In this document: piece by piece, positions 37,910 through 49,547 of the stretch
How the letters are laid out: the number at the start of each line of letters is the position of its first letter
Numbering within the stretch: the first letter of the stretch is position 1
Origin: Nemertoderma westbladi
Taxonomy: Eukaryota; Animalia; Xenacoelomorpha
Assembly (NCBI GenBank): GCA_032718475.1
Contig: JAUCBJ010001195.1
Location: 1-54,194, forward strand
Reading direction: 5' to 3'
Length of the DNA stretch: 54,194 bases
Notes under the pieces: model-generated
The model's database searches: none
What the model was told of the DNA's origin: nothing
The model's input: the letters and a program-made list of their open reading frames with translations, nothing else
Position numbers and translations under genes: made by a program

Positions 37910-39649
37910 GCACCGCCACAACTCCCTATCACCCATGACATTTGCTAGATCATCCGCATCTTCAAGGCCAGTGTCCTTTAAGATGCGTCTCAAGAAAGTC
38001 ATGGGCTGTCCACCATGCTTATTCACTCCATGAGGCTGCCAAAGTACAAGATTATGCACTGGCTGGTCCTCTCGGCGAAAGCAATATCCTGCAAAGCGGA
38101 GGCGATTTTGTTCTAGTGTCAAGCTTGGGGGAACCAATGAGACACCTCCAATTTTATATAGTGTCTGGTTGGAGATGTGTGCATTGTACTTGACACAATG
38201 AACCCGGCGTAGCATTCTTGTGAATGTGCCATCCAGAGATTTGGTGTCCTCAGCAGTTAGAGCCCATCATGGACTCCCGTAGAGGAGTACTGGAACTACT
38301 GCTGCTCTAAATAATCGGACCTTAAGTTTCCGATTAATTCTCGGTGACTTCCAAATCCTGGAAAGCCTATTCAAGGCTGCCCAGCCCATGCCTTTTCCTT
38401 ACGTATTCGAAGGTCCTCACCTGACTTCCGGATCCATGATCCCAGGTAACAGAAGTCGTCCAAATGCTCAAGCATACCATCCTTTGAGCTTATGCTCATC
38501 CGATCAGAGACTTACTGAGGACTTTCAAAGTTAACTGCCAAAATTTTGGTCTTTCTGGAGTTAATAAAAAGACCAACACTAGAAGCAGCATGTTCTAATG
38601 AGCTGAGGAGCCGTTGGGCTCCCTCTAATGATTCTGAGAGTACTCCTAAGTCATCAGCAAAGTCTAGATCAGTTAGGTACTTGGCTGGATTTCCTCGACT
38701 TCTGGAGCCAGTAGGTGGAGTTATCATCACCCCATCATCATTATGATGATCTAAGGACATGCGTAGAACATAGTCAACCACAATAATGAACAAGAATGGT
38801 GCAAGTGTGTCTCCTTGGAGGACGCCCCATAACACTTCAAATGGTTCTGTGTCACCGTCAACAGTAGACACAAATGTTGTCGAACCATCGTATACTGATC
38901 TGATTGCTGCAATAATTTCATCAGGAATATTTATCAGATACAGATTAAAATTGAGCAATTCTATCCCAAAATCGGTACTTAAGAAATTTAAATAAATAAA
39001 TAGAAATTTAACCAAACCGCCAATTAGAATAAATCAAAGAAGAGAAGAAAGTTCCCCCCTCGCTTCAACCGCCCTCTTAATCTGCTCCACCTCATCTGCA
39101 GAGGTATTAACAGGAAATGTGGGTTTTAAATTTTAGCTAATTATTCTAAAGAATCACGATTAAATACTCTAGGCAATCATTTTGCGAGATAAAGCAAGCT
39201 GGTTTATTGCTCTGGGACCTTACACTAGTGCTCACTTACACTATGTAATTACCCGTTGCCAAGTAGTGGTGTGATGATTGGACTGCAACTGGTTCTTAAC
39301 TAATAGGCAATAGCAAGTATGTCAAGGAATGAGAGAGCTAGAAGTAAAGAGTGATGGGGAGCTTTTGATAACTTAATTACGTTTAGATCAATTAAAAACA
39401 CATTTCTTAAAGTAAATTACTTGAACTAATTAAAAACTATAATGGAATGAGGTATGGGGATTACAACTGTATAATTTTATGTATAATTATTTATATCTTA
39501 TACTATAAAATAATTAATTTCCATTAAAAGCCAGGCTTAAAAATGCTGTTTTTACCTTAATCAACTTCATTTACTAATTAACTGAATTTATCTTACCTTC
39601 TCGAAGGCCACACGCAAATTCAACTTGAAAAATTTCAAAAATTTTGCTA

Positions 39650-39820
39650 GACTACATGTGTACCAAGTTTGGATAGATTTCAGAGTTATTAGAGTTATTA
39701 ACGTTTAAAATTGAACACAACAGAATAACAGAATTACAGAACAACAGAGCAACAGACACATCGATTGAGTTAGTGGTACCCGTATGCAAAGCTCGCTTAC
39801 TTTCGTGGCTCGCCCCACAG
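39650..39820 (+). mobile_element. Possible Helentron/DINE-like non-autonomous element fragment
   Basis: taccaagtttg motif, short (ACAGAAT/ACAGAAC) microsatellite, terminal gctcgc...gctcgcccc followed by a T-run; pattern resemblance only. Confidence 0.35.
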
Positions 39821-40198
39821 ATTGTTTTTTTTTATTATATCAACATATAATATCGTTCTGATGTGTTACTCATAACGTTGCAAGGTATCACTTTGCAGCG
39901 TTGGAACGGTATATTGCAAAGTAATCAATAACCTGGAAACAACTTCAATTACCACATTCAAAGATGTATTTTTCGATTTATATTAATGAGTGATGCTTTG
40001 TTATCCAGTTTGCAGTGCGGGACTAGGGACAGAATGTAAATAATAGTTTAACGTGTATCGTATTCCATTAGTCCAATGGAAGAGATTTTAAACAAGGTGC
40101 GATAATGAACCCAATTTTAATGTCCAAACGATAATTGTAATAAATCCTTTCTTTACATACCGAACGCTGATAAGTTGACATAATGTGATAAAATTACA

Positions 40199-40339
40199 TA
40201 CATCATTGCTTGTCAAGGTCACTTTACGGCGTTAAAGACCCTTGTTTATTTATGTAAACCTCCCTCGCAGCGCTCACTCGGTACATAAATAAACTAGGGT
40301 CACAACGCTGCAAAGTGCTACTTTGCACACAATGATGTA
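40199..40339. mobile_element. ~140-bp palindromic MITE-like element
   Basis: Arms TACATCATTG..ACCCTTGTTTATTTATGTA / TACATAAATAAACTAGGGT..CAATGATGTA. Confidence 0.75.
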
Positions 40340-41223
40340 AATTGTTAATATTACCCCTCAATAAAATTGAGCGCATTTTTACACCATTTCCGTATATCAT
40401 CAGATTTTTAACTCACGGCCCCATGTAAAAAACTTTTGTTTTGGTCATACAGTACTCCTACTATCAGTACTCTGACCATGAATTGATTAAGGTGCATTTG
40501 AATGGTAACTGAGAGCGTATAGGCAGTCGAAGATTCGATTTTCTTTACTACCCAACATGAGTAAAATCCTTGTAATAAGAATAAAAATTTATTAACCTGT
40601 TAGAATAGAGGTGAAACACAAAGGTATCAACAACTGTGTTAAACACAATTCAAAACGGAAATTAGATACTGATGGAGAAACAACAAGTTTGTTCCTGACA
40701 GTTTCTCCCAATACATTAACCGGCTTACTACTTCAGATCACACTACTGAATATCTTTCGTTTTCGAGTTAATAATGGCTGTAGGTCAGATTGGAATGGTT
40801 TGATTTTAGATAAGACAATTTTATTTACAATAAATACAGTAAGTAGCCCTGCGTTATTGTATTATGCCGACATCAAATTATCCGGATTCCTATACAGAGA
40901 TAAGGGATGTAAAACCTATAATAAAGCATTCCTTTTAAATCAATAATCTTATCGTATAACAGTCGATTCTAGTTTTGTGAAAGTTGTTTTTTAGGTTTTT
41001 ATAAAATAGATTCCACTTCTCCACGTACTGGCCTGTTGTGGTTTATTGATTCGGTTATGGCACAGGGCTGTTTATTCGTGCATGTAACCAACATATTGAC
41101 ATATTGATAACATATTTAATTTCTGTAATTAATTTTAATTTAAAATTACTCTGGCGTTTAATTCTCCGATAAAAGTAATAGTGCTTTAAGCTGCAATTTT
41201 GAAATTGAAGGACAGTGTTATTC

Positions 41224-42627
41224 CTATTTCTTCCCTGTCTTTTTGAATGGTTTCATCCGTGGTGTTTTTTGTGGTTTCATCTTTGGTGATTTCTGGTTTT
41301 TTATATTTGGAGATTTACTTTTCTTGATTTTATTACTTTGACTATTTACTTGATAAGTTTGAACATTTGGTTGTTGCTTTGAAAACGAAACGTGTTTTTG
41401 CTCTGATGGTATTTGTCCAGAAGAATCACCATTGTAATTAGTTTCAGTTTGTGTGATTATCGGTTGTGTTGGGTTTCCTACATTATTTGGGTCATTTGTC
41501 GTATATTGGGTGGTATCAGGTACGTCGCGTATTCTTTCTCTCGATCTGTCACCATCTGCATCGTCGCTTTCTTCTTCAACAGCGAGCGCCGAAAGTTTCC
41601 CCCGTTTATCCTCCGAAAAGCGACTCATTACATCCTCCAAACTCTGACCGGCTAAATGCGGCGAAGATTTAGTCTGCAGGTGTGGGGAATGTCGATGGTG
41701 ACCAGAGTGATGATGAGTCGTACACTTCCTCTTATTGGCATCATGAACGGGACAGCAATGCTGAGCGTCTCTGTGCAGATGATGATGCAGTGGACAACGT
41801 GGGTGGACCGGGCACTCCGTTTGCAACGATCTCCTTGGACTATGATCAGAACCGCTACTAGAATCAGAATAATTCGATCGATTTCTCCCAAAGTTAAAAC
41901 AAAGACCCCATCTTTTCTTTCGCTTCGGGAAGTAGTGTTTCTCCGTTTGGCAGGACGTTGTGCGCGGATATTCGAAAGGTTCTTCGATGGGACGCTCGAA
42001 GTAAATGTGCCGGTAGGCCTCTGTATCATCGCAACAGTAATCGCGACGGCGTAACAGCCCGGAATGTAGGGGGCATTCGGGGTTTAAGTCGTAGCAGATC
42101 GGTTGTGTTTGTACCGGGTGTTGCGCTATTTGTTCGGGATATGAGGTGGTTGCATTGTTGAATTGCAGAACACGAGAATTCCCTTGTTTAACCACACTGT
42201 ATCCGGAACATGTGTTCTGCTGATCGAGGTTGATTATTGTCGGTTGTGGAGGCATGTCGTCGTCGCTTTCTTTGTCGGTTTGAGTTGTGATCGGTCGGGT
42301 TTGCGGCTCCGGGGATGAAGTTTGTGCGGCGGATTCGATTAGTTCCGGGGGTGGCGGCGGTGGCGATGGGTATTCTACATTTATGATGTTCGTATTGGGG
42401 GATGTCCGCAATGGTGGGTCGTATATGACCTCCCGGGGTGGAGACCGCGGGACACGATTCACGCAAGTGTCACATGTTTTGATGGCGACATCGCAACTGC
42501 CTTTAGAGAAAATCTCGAAATTAACAACCGGAATTTTAAGTACTCCGTCACAGTCGTTATCACAATCGCAACATATCAATTTATCAACTTCCTCTTCGTC
42601 TTCTGATTGGACCTGAGTTTTACCCAC
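41224..42627 (-). CDS. Unidentified 467-aa host ORF, probably a large terminal exon; Cys/His clusters, poly-Pro, basic C-terminus
   Basis: 1.4-kb open frame, GC-rich against AT-rich flanks, non-repetitive, no TE motifs; lacks an ATG at its 5' end; candidate upstream ATGAAAG|GTAAG donor at 42708-42697. Confidence 0.7.
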   Translation of the reverse strand: MGKTQVQSEDEEEVDKLICCDCDNDCDGVLKIPVVNFEIFSKGSCDVAIKTCDTCVNRVPRSPPREVIYDPPLRTSPNTNIINVEYPSPPPPPPELIESAAQTSSPEPQTRPITTQTDKESDDDMPPQPTIINLDQQNTCSGYSVVKQGNSRVLQFNNATTSYPEQIAQHPVQTQPICYDLNPECPLHSGLLRRRDYCCDDTEAYRHIYFERPIEEPFEYPRTTSCQTEKHYFPKRKKRWGLCFNFGRNRSNYSDSSSGSDHSPRRSLQTECPVHPRCPLHHHLHRDAQHCCPVHDANKRKCTTHHHSGHHRHSPHLQTKSSPHLAGQSLEDVMSRFSEDKRGKLSALAVEEESDDADGDRSRERIRDVPDTTQYTTNDPNNVGNPTQPIITQTETNYNGDSSGQIPSEQKHVSFSKQQPNVQTYQVNSQSNKIKKSKSPNIKNQKSPKMKPQKTPRMKPFKKTGKK

Positions 42628-44282
42628 CTTTTATTTCAATAAAATACTTTCATTATTTGAATGCACATGCAGACTGTCTTGTTAAAAAATACCCTCCTTA
42701 CCTTTCATCAAAAGGTGGAAGTGATTTAACCCTATCAAATACAGATTAGTATAATATTATATATTTTTGCAGATTCTGGAGACTGTAATATAGGCCTAAT
42801 ATGCGTCTTGATAATATATATTTTTAGTATATTTAGCATCGGATGTGACTTATTCTCTACTTATACCCAATTTGTAGTCGATTTCTACTGTACATATAAA
42901 TAAAATTATTACTTTGAATTTTTGAATAATATCTTGGAATACTTATTTAGTGGAAGAGCTTTGAGGGAGTTATGAAAATAATGACATGAAGATAATTATA
43001 AGACTGTAAAGCGTCCAATAAGTTATTTCAATTTTACATTTACTTTTATTAAAGGGATTCAACTTCTGGGTTTTTCTCAGGCCCAACCAGTTGCGCTATG
43101 TTTGTCTCCACAACAAAAATGTCTTTGTAAAAAATATTAAAATTTTTGAGATCCAATTGAAATATTTCACAATTAATATTGTTCTATTGATCGCTGTTTC
43201 TGCGTAAAAGTTTAGGGCAAAATAAATTAGCTAAGAAACGATAATGAATTGACCCAAGAATGTGTCCAATTAAACAACGACACTCACAAAATAATATGTT
43301 TTCTGAGAATAATATGCTGATTATTATTATTATTTATATTATGCTTTATTTCATTTCAATATTATATATTTATAAAATAATGTAAAAGTGAGTTTAATTT
43401 GTATCTCAAAAATATATCCGAAACCTGTTATGGGGATGTCCAAACCAATAATTAGAATCACAACAATCCATAAATAATTTAAGTAATTATTTGAGAACCT
43501 AGACAGATATTGATTGTACTTAGAGGGCCTACAGACATAACAGTAAGCCTAACTCTATACTGTTCTCATAAATTAAAATTGTGTTAAGTTGTTACGTAAT
43601 TCGCTTACAGTTACTTACGTATCTGAATCCGAAGATACAGTAGACCTACTACTACCATATGTATGGTATCAAATAATTATTCTAGAATATAAATTGAACT
43701 CTTTATTTTTTTATGGTAGCTATTTATTCACACTACTAGCTATTTTGTAAAAAAAAGAAATAACCTTTAACCATAATGTCATCCTGAATATCACATGTCA
43801 TGTCATGTAAAAAAACTAGCTAAGGACGGCATAGTAATTAATGCCCGCGGTGCATATGGAACTGCCCATAATATATATAAATTCTATAAAAGTTTTGATG
43901 TTATAGTAAAAGTTTTGATGTTATAGAGAGATAGTAGCTACCATAAAAAATGACTGTAGATACCATTTAAAAACATTAACAACCTAATAAAATATAAAAT
44001 AACTAAACACAAGTCACTGATTTTCATACCAAAAACACTGCATAAATAATTATGAACATTTAGGAAAATACGTACCGGAACTATTAAAAAATGCTACATA
44101 TCTATTCTAAAAAATTACTTTTGGTCAGTAATAATGTTCTCGAACATAAAAATCAAATTAGAAAAATGGCTTACAGTAGAAGAGTAGGAACTACAAATTT
44201 TTGGTGTGCTCAGAGTTTGAGTAGGCTTACAGTAGGCCATGGCGTCATAAGTCTTTAGGATACACTGTAGTCTATGCTACTC

Positions 44283-44545
44283 TAAAAAATGTAAAAAAAA
44301 ATGACCGGGGTGTGACAGGAGACTGTACTACTTCCTCAGGCCTGTCGACACCCCGGTCATTTTTTAACCATAATTTTTTTGTGTTTTTTAGTGTTTTTTT
44401 TATATTTGTGAATGATGATCTAGAACATTAGTAGATGTTTTTTATAGTAGCTAGTGTTTTAGCGAGTAAAAATCACTAGCTACTCAAAAAAATGGAAAAA
44501 ATGCCAGGGGAGTCGACAGGGCGAAGTAGTACCCTGTACAGTAGT
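44283..44545. repeat. Cluster of hairpins and short dispersed repeats (MITE-like)
   Basis: AAAAAATGACCGGGGTGT-GACAGG / CCTGTCGACACCCCGGTCATTTTTT (44296-44365); second hairpin 44446-44484; related arm at 44495-44520. Confidence 0.65.
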
Positions 44546-45959
44546 GGAGGGGTGAAGTTGAACATTTTTTATGAGATGAGAAAAATCCCACTATCAATTG
44601 AATGCTTCTCCCCTTAGAAACAATATTTTACTTTAGAAACGCAATTAATTTACTTTAACAAGGTAAGTATTTGCGGGATTTTCCCCAAATTTGGAGAAAT
44701 TAAACTGAAAGTAAAATGACTACCTGTATCGATTCAGTGAACTATGCACTTCTACATTGTTACCCATTTACTGTAGTTTCCACAGCAACTGTAATTTTTA
44801 TAATCATTCAATCAGTCAATGGACCAACAATAACCCTCCTTCGCAATCGATACACAAGCCTACCTGTCATTTGATTATTATATAATATATCGGCAACACT
44901 TTTGACAAACAGAAATTAACAAGTGTCTATTTCACGAAATATAACATGAAATGAAATGCCAACTGATTATCGACAGCAACAAAAAGAACCTGAGGTTCAC
45001 TTGCACCTAATTGATTCACCTGGTATTCCTATGACTGAGTTTCTAAAGTGGATAAATCAGGTCTAAGGGAGGGAGAAGGTCTCCATTTTGGGCTGCTGAT
45101 TTGTGTCGGGTCTTAATCGCGGTTATGTAGAATACATTCCCATATTTTTTCACAGGAATAATAATTTCCCTCGGCGCAAAATTTCAAACAACTTTGACGA
45201 ATCAATACAAAATTAAACAGAGCTATGGGATGCTAACCACCCACTTAGTGTATACTGTATTACAACGGGTTAATTATGAGACCAGCGGGATTCCAGTGTT
45301 GCAGTTCTACAACAACGCCGGGAACCTTAGCACATTATCGACTTTTCCTTGTAGGCATTATTACAGCATACGTTTACATCATACAATATATTCCGTTATA
45401 TGCGTAGCTGTGGGTTTTACATGGGTGCTGTTTGATAATACTATACACTAGGAAATGTTTAATTTATTATGGCAACTATAATATTACATTGCAATAAATA
45501 CAGTACATTACTTGGTGTACAAAGGATTATTACGTTGGATTTGATAAATTTTATCAAATTTTAATTTGTTATCAATTGGGCCAACTATTTATTGACATGC
45601 TTGCCGGGGAATGCCGGGAAATAAAGTTTCTTTCATAATTTAGAGATTTAATATTGTTATATTTCCGACAATAACATAAACATCATTCAATTAATACTGT
45701 CAAATTTTCTAACAGTTTGAGGTTCAACATTCTGGTGTCTAGGCTTGCCGGCAGTCCGGTACATGTAGGTGTAGGCGCGTGTCTGTGTAGGCGTGTATGG
45801 GTGTAGGCGTAACGTTTATTCCCGTCTCTGGCTGCGTCTCAAATTCGGAGGGATTAAATAGATACCATCAATGCTGTATGGGTTCTGGGTGGATATGTGT
45901 GCATTGTACAGTAAGTGACACAGTGAACCCGAACTACCATTTGTACTTATCTGCCCTCA

Positions 45960-46235
45960 GCGATATGGTTTTTCCTAAGCAGTTAGAGCCCAGCATGAAC
46001 GAACATCCATATATGAGACCTGGTTCTACTGCTGCTCAAATAATAAGAGTCATAAGATTCTTACATATGTGACTTCCAAATCCTACAAAGCCCATTCAAT
46101 AATTGCCTATGCCATCCTCATACTTCCTTCTTCATTTTACTTTCAGATCCATGATCGCATTGTCCCCAGAAGCAGAAGTCAGCCACATGCTCGACCATAC
46201 TCACCTTGGAGTTTAAGCTCGTAAGATCAGACATT
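45960..46235 (-). mobile_element. Older, diverged RTE relic
   Basis: Colinear similarity to 38250-38510 (gcagttagagccca, ctactgctgctc, gacttccaaatcct, gatccatgatc, cagaagtc). Confidence 0.75.
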
Positions 46236-46375
46236 TTTCTAAGATAATCGAAGTTAATTCTCAACATTTTTTGATTCTGATAAATAATAAAACTTTTGAA
46301 ATAAAATTTTTTTACGTTTAATAGAAAAGTCATTAAATTTAGTGTACATCTCTAACATTATATATAACAATTTCT

Positions 46376-46966
46376 ATGGGAAACGAGACATCTGCAGACG
46401 GGGACGACAGTCCACAGAGACCAAGGTTCATCCGTAGACTACATCCAACGTTGGAACCAATTGGATGGCTCCAAGGAAAATGGCAGACATCGGCCGATAT
46501 ACCAAACAGCGGCCACTGCCCTGGGATAAGGAATAACGGCGGGGCGTTCGAATTCTACGAGCGAATGGAATTCTGGTGTCAAAACACCCCGTGGGTAATG
46601 GAATGGCGGTCGCAATGCTGGGATCCCGAGGATAACACCAAACCGGAGTTGGTAATGAGCGGATATATAAAGATAGATCCGGCAGGCAGCGGGAAGATCG
46701 CGTTTTTCTGTAATCACAATTTCGGTTTGGTTGAGATCACAGAAGGTCGTCTGAGGGATGATAAGGATTTGGTACTTGAGCCGAAAGCGGTGGCTTACAC
46801 TTCGTTTATTGGTGGGCCGAAGGTGAGAGCGGTTCGCAAGGAAATACATTGTGTTGACGAGAACACAATCACGATGGACTTATTTATGGATAACGAAAGA
46901 TCGCCAATGTTTCATCATACCTCCATGCGGTATAAAAGGTGCGATGCATCATTATGCTGGTGGTAG
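46376..46966 (+). CDS. Nitrobindin / THAP4-like heme-binding beta-barrel protein (DUF1794 type), 196 aa, intronless
   Basis: LHPTLEPIGWLQGKW, F.F.E...F, SGYIKI, HNFGLVEITEG, TSF...KV, PMFHHTSMRYKR with His at the expected heme-ligand position. Confidence 0.88.
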   Translation: MGNETSADGDDSPQRPRFIRRLHPTLEPIGWLQGKWQTSADIPNSGHCPGIRNNGGAFEFYERMEFWCQNTPWVMEWRSQCWDPEDNTKPELVMSGYIKIDPAGSGKIAFFCNHNFGLVEITEGRLRDDKDLVLEPKAVAYTSFIGGPKVRAVRKEIHCVDENTITMDLFMDNERSPMFHHTSMRYKRCDASLCWW

Positions 46967-48139
46967 TATCATGTTTTATTATTGATTGATTATTTCTATC
47001 AAATTGGAATGATATTCATGTAAATAATAATGTTAGTTGGTAATGACACAGTAGTTGGACTAGTTTTGGTGGTGGTTGGTTGAGACAATCTATATAGAAG
47101 TAATGATATATTATTTATTACCAATTATGATGAAAAAACAATGAATGGTTGTAATTAAGTGCTTTTTGATAACCTAAATAATGTTTCAGAAATTGAGGTT
47201 TAGCATACCGAAACATATGTCAATAACTTTCCATCAATTTGGAGGGTTGGTTAGAGAAAGTGTTGGTAACGCATAGACAATGATGGAAAATGTATATGAA
47301 CGATGGCCTACATATGTAATACGATCTAGTTAGGCCTAGATTTTGAAAAAATTTTGTTTCGATGATATTATTTTGGATTATATATACTCGCAGGTAAAGG
47401 ATTAAAAGCAGTTTACAATTCAAACTAACTTTATGTTGTGTAATTAAATTTTTCCCTCTCCAGTGGAATATCGACGCAAATTTTAGCTGATTAAAAATTC
47501 CAAAAATAAACCGTAACATATTCTATTGACTTAAGATAACATGCCATGTAACCTGCTCTTTTTCCAAAGTTTATCATTTTGCATTGGTACGAGATATTAA
47601 TTCGCCGAGGTGGGATATATTTCAGGTTTCATCCCCTGTCACAAAGTTCAGTAAAAGCTTCAGTGAAAATACCTCCATTATCTATTTTCAATTATTATTA
47701 TTATTAGCGCACATAGTGATAATCATAACAAGAAAATAAGCAGTAGTACAAGAGCACAATATAAATAATGGTACAAATATATATCAGTAAATAATAATGA
47801 TTTTATTATGTAATATAGGCCTACACCTGTAGGGCCGGTTCCTCAAACCTTATAGTAAACTATAAATAGGCATACTATTGTACTGTATAATAATATTAGT
47901 GTTTATGACGCAGAAACGTCATTAAACATAAAGCTGCACCTCCTCCCGTGTAAACCATTAAATTACGACGTCTCCCTGCAACTAACACCCCACTTAGTTC
48001 CCGACACCTCCCAAAAATTTCGCAACGGTAACACACCATATTTAAACTTGGAAACAACAGAAGGATAAATATTCTTAATAGGCCTACTAACTACAATTGA
48101 TAGAGTTTGAGTTGTTGGGAATCTGTAGCTTATTAAGGC

Positions 48140-48790
48140 AACAATGAAAGACGCAAGTTTCTTCCGCACATCCATTGCCTCACACGAACCCCATTAGGCC
48201 ACATTTCTGGATTCAACGCCTTCTCCAGACCCTGGCGACAATAATGGCAACTTAAAACTTACCGAACGGGATTCATTATGCGACCTCAAGTCCATACCCG
48301 GGACCGGCCGTTATTCCGTTACCGGCCAATCAGTCAACTATATCTTCTTTACTTTTCAACGCAAAACCTAAAAATTAAAATAAAAAAAGATAAAAAATTC
48401 CATTTGGTCACTTAGACATAGCAGCCAACAAAACAAACTCTCTATCTAATAAAAACATAAAAATATCCGTCGGTGCCGTCTTTAACTTTCCTCCAGTCCC
48501 AGTAATTCCATCTATAGGCTTACTTGAACCGATCGAAGCTTGTGTGCAGTTCCAACCACATGGGAGGGGCGGAACGTCGATCCAACCTTCATCACATTGA
48601 CTCAGTGATAATCTCGGGCGTTTCAGACTACCTGTATGAGTGGGAGTAGGAGTGCTCCTCAGTTCAGCGGAACACATTCCGGTGAGATGTTCTGCCAACG
48701 TTGCCTATCACCTTGTTGGCCTAAAATGACATCCAGTAATTGCACCGCGATAAAGTATGTCTCAAAGTTCAGTACACGCTTCATTCTAAT
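48140..48790 (-). pseudogene. Decayed LINE ORF1 relic (same ORF1 type as 8267-9397, different family)
   Basis: Across frames: GTGGKLKTAPTDIF ... SKEDIVD*LAGNGI ... SHNESRSVSFKL ... LEKALNPEMWPNGVRVRQW. Confidence 0.65.
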
Positions 48791-49547
48791 TCACCAATTC
48801 AAATTGTCTATTAAAATTACATGTTAGATATTTCTGAAGGTTGATCTATTTTTAGAAGAAGGGATATAGTGTCAGACGCGGTTATCATTGATTGACTTGA
48901 ATGACATGCGTTTTAGTCCGTTACAATGACTACTGTATTCGTATACCGTACCGTATAGTAAGTAGTATTCTATTATTTTTGGTTAGGTATTGGGATAATT
49001 TTAGCAGTCAACCTTCACTATCAACGTGAATTGTTAGGGATATTGTTGGCAGGTGACATGTTACGACGGAATTTTATACTGCTGAACTTCCTAACAAATC
49101 TACAAACTAATTAAGTAAGAAAAAGAATGGAAGCTTTTCATTGGCTGATATAGTGCGCATGGGAATTTGTTACGAAAGTTTAAAAGGCAATGCAATTTTT
49201 CCCAGTTATTCACATCGATATTTCTTTCTAGGGGTGAAGTAATTGTCTTTTTTATTTTTTCAGCTAACATTATTGATTATTACAAATTCAGGTTAGTGGT
49301 GTTTTATTCGTATGAATAGCGAGTTGGGTGTTGAAATATAACTAAAACGGAAAAAACTAAACGCAATAGATTATCAACCTCAGTTATTATAATATTCAGT
49401 CTCGACTATCTGTAAATATTAGGGACATTTTTTGCTACTTTTATTTTATTACGAATTTATGAATAATTCTTCCTTATTTTGCTCTATCGTTATTTGCGAT
49501 ACTGAGTAAAAGCTGCAAAGCTATTCAACACAATCATGTTGAATAAC

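Larger units (their letters stand above)
26344..38930 (-). mobile_element. 5'-truncated RTE LINE (~1.1 kb own sequence: 37915-38930 and 26344-26425) split by the BEL element; 11-bp TSD TTATCAGATAC
   Basis: TSD at 26333-26343 and 38931-38941; (TAG)-type tail; GVLQGDTLAPFLF and DLDFADD RT motifs; same family as 10361-11123; stop at 38512 and frameshift ~38380. Confidence 0.94.

Noticed and set aside
41413-42616. Plus-strand ORFs opposite the 467-aa ORF
   Set aside because: Short antisense shadows of the longer frame.
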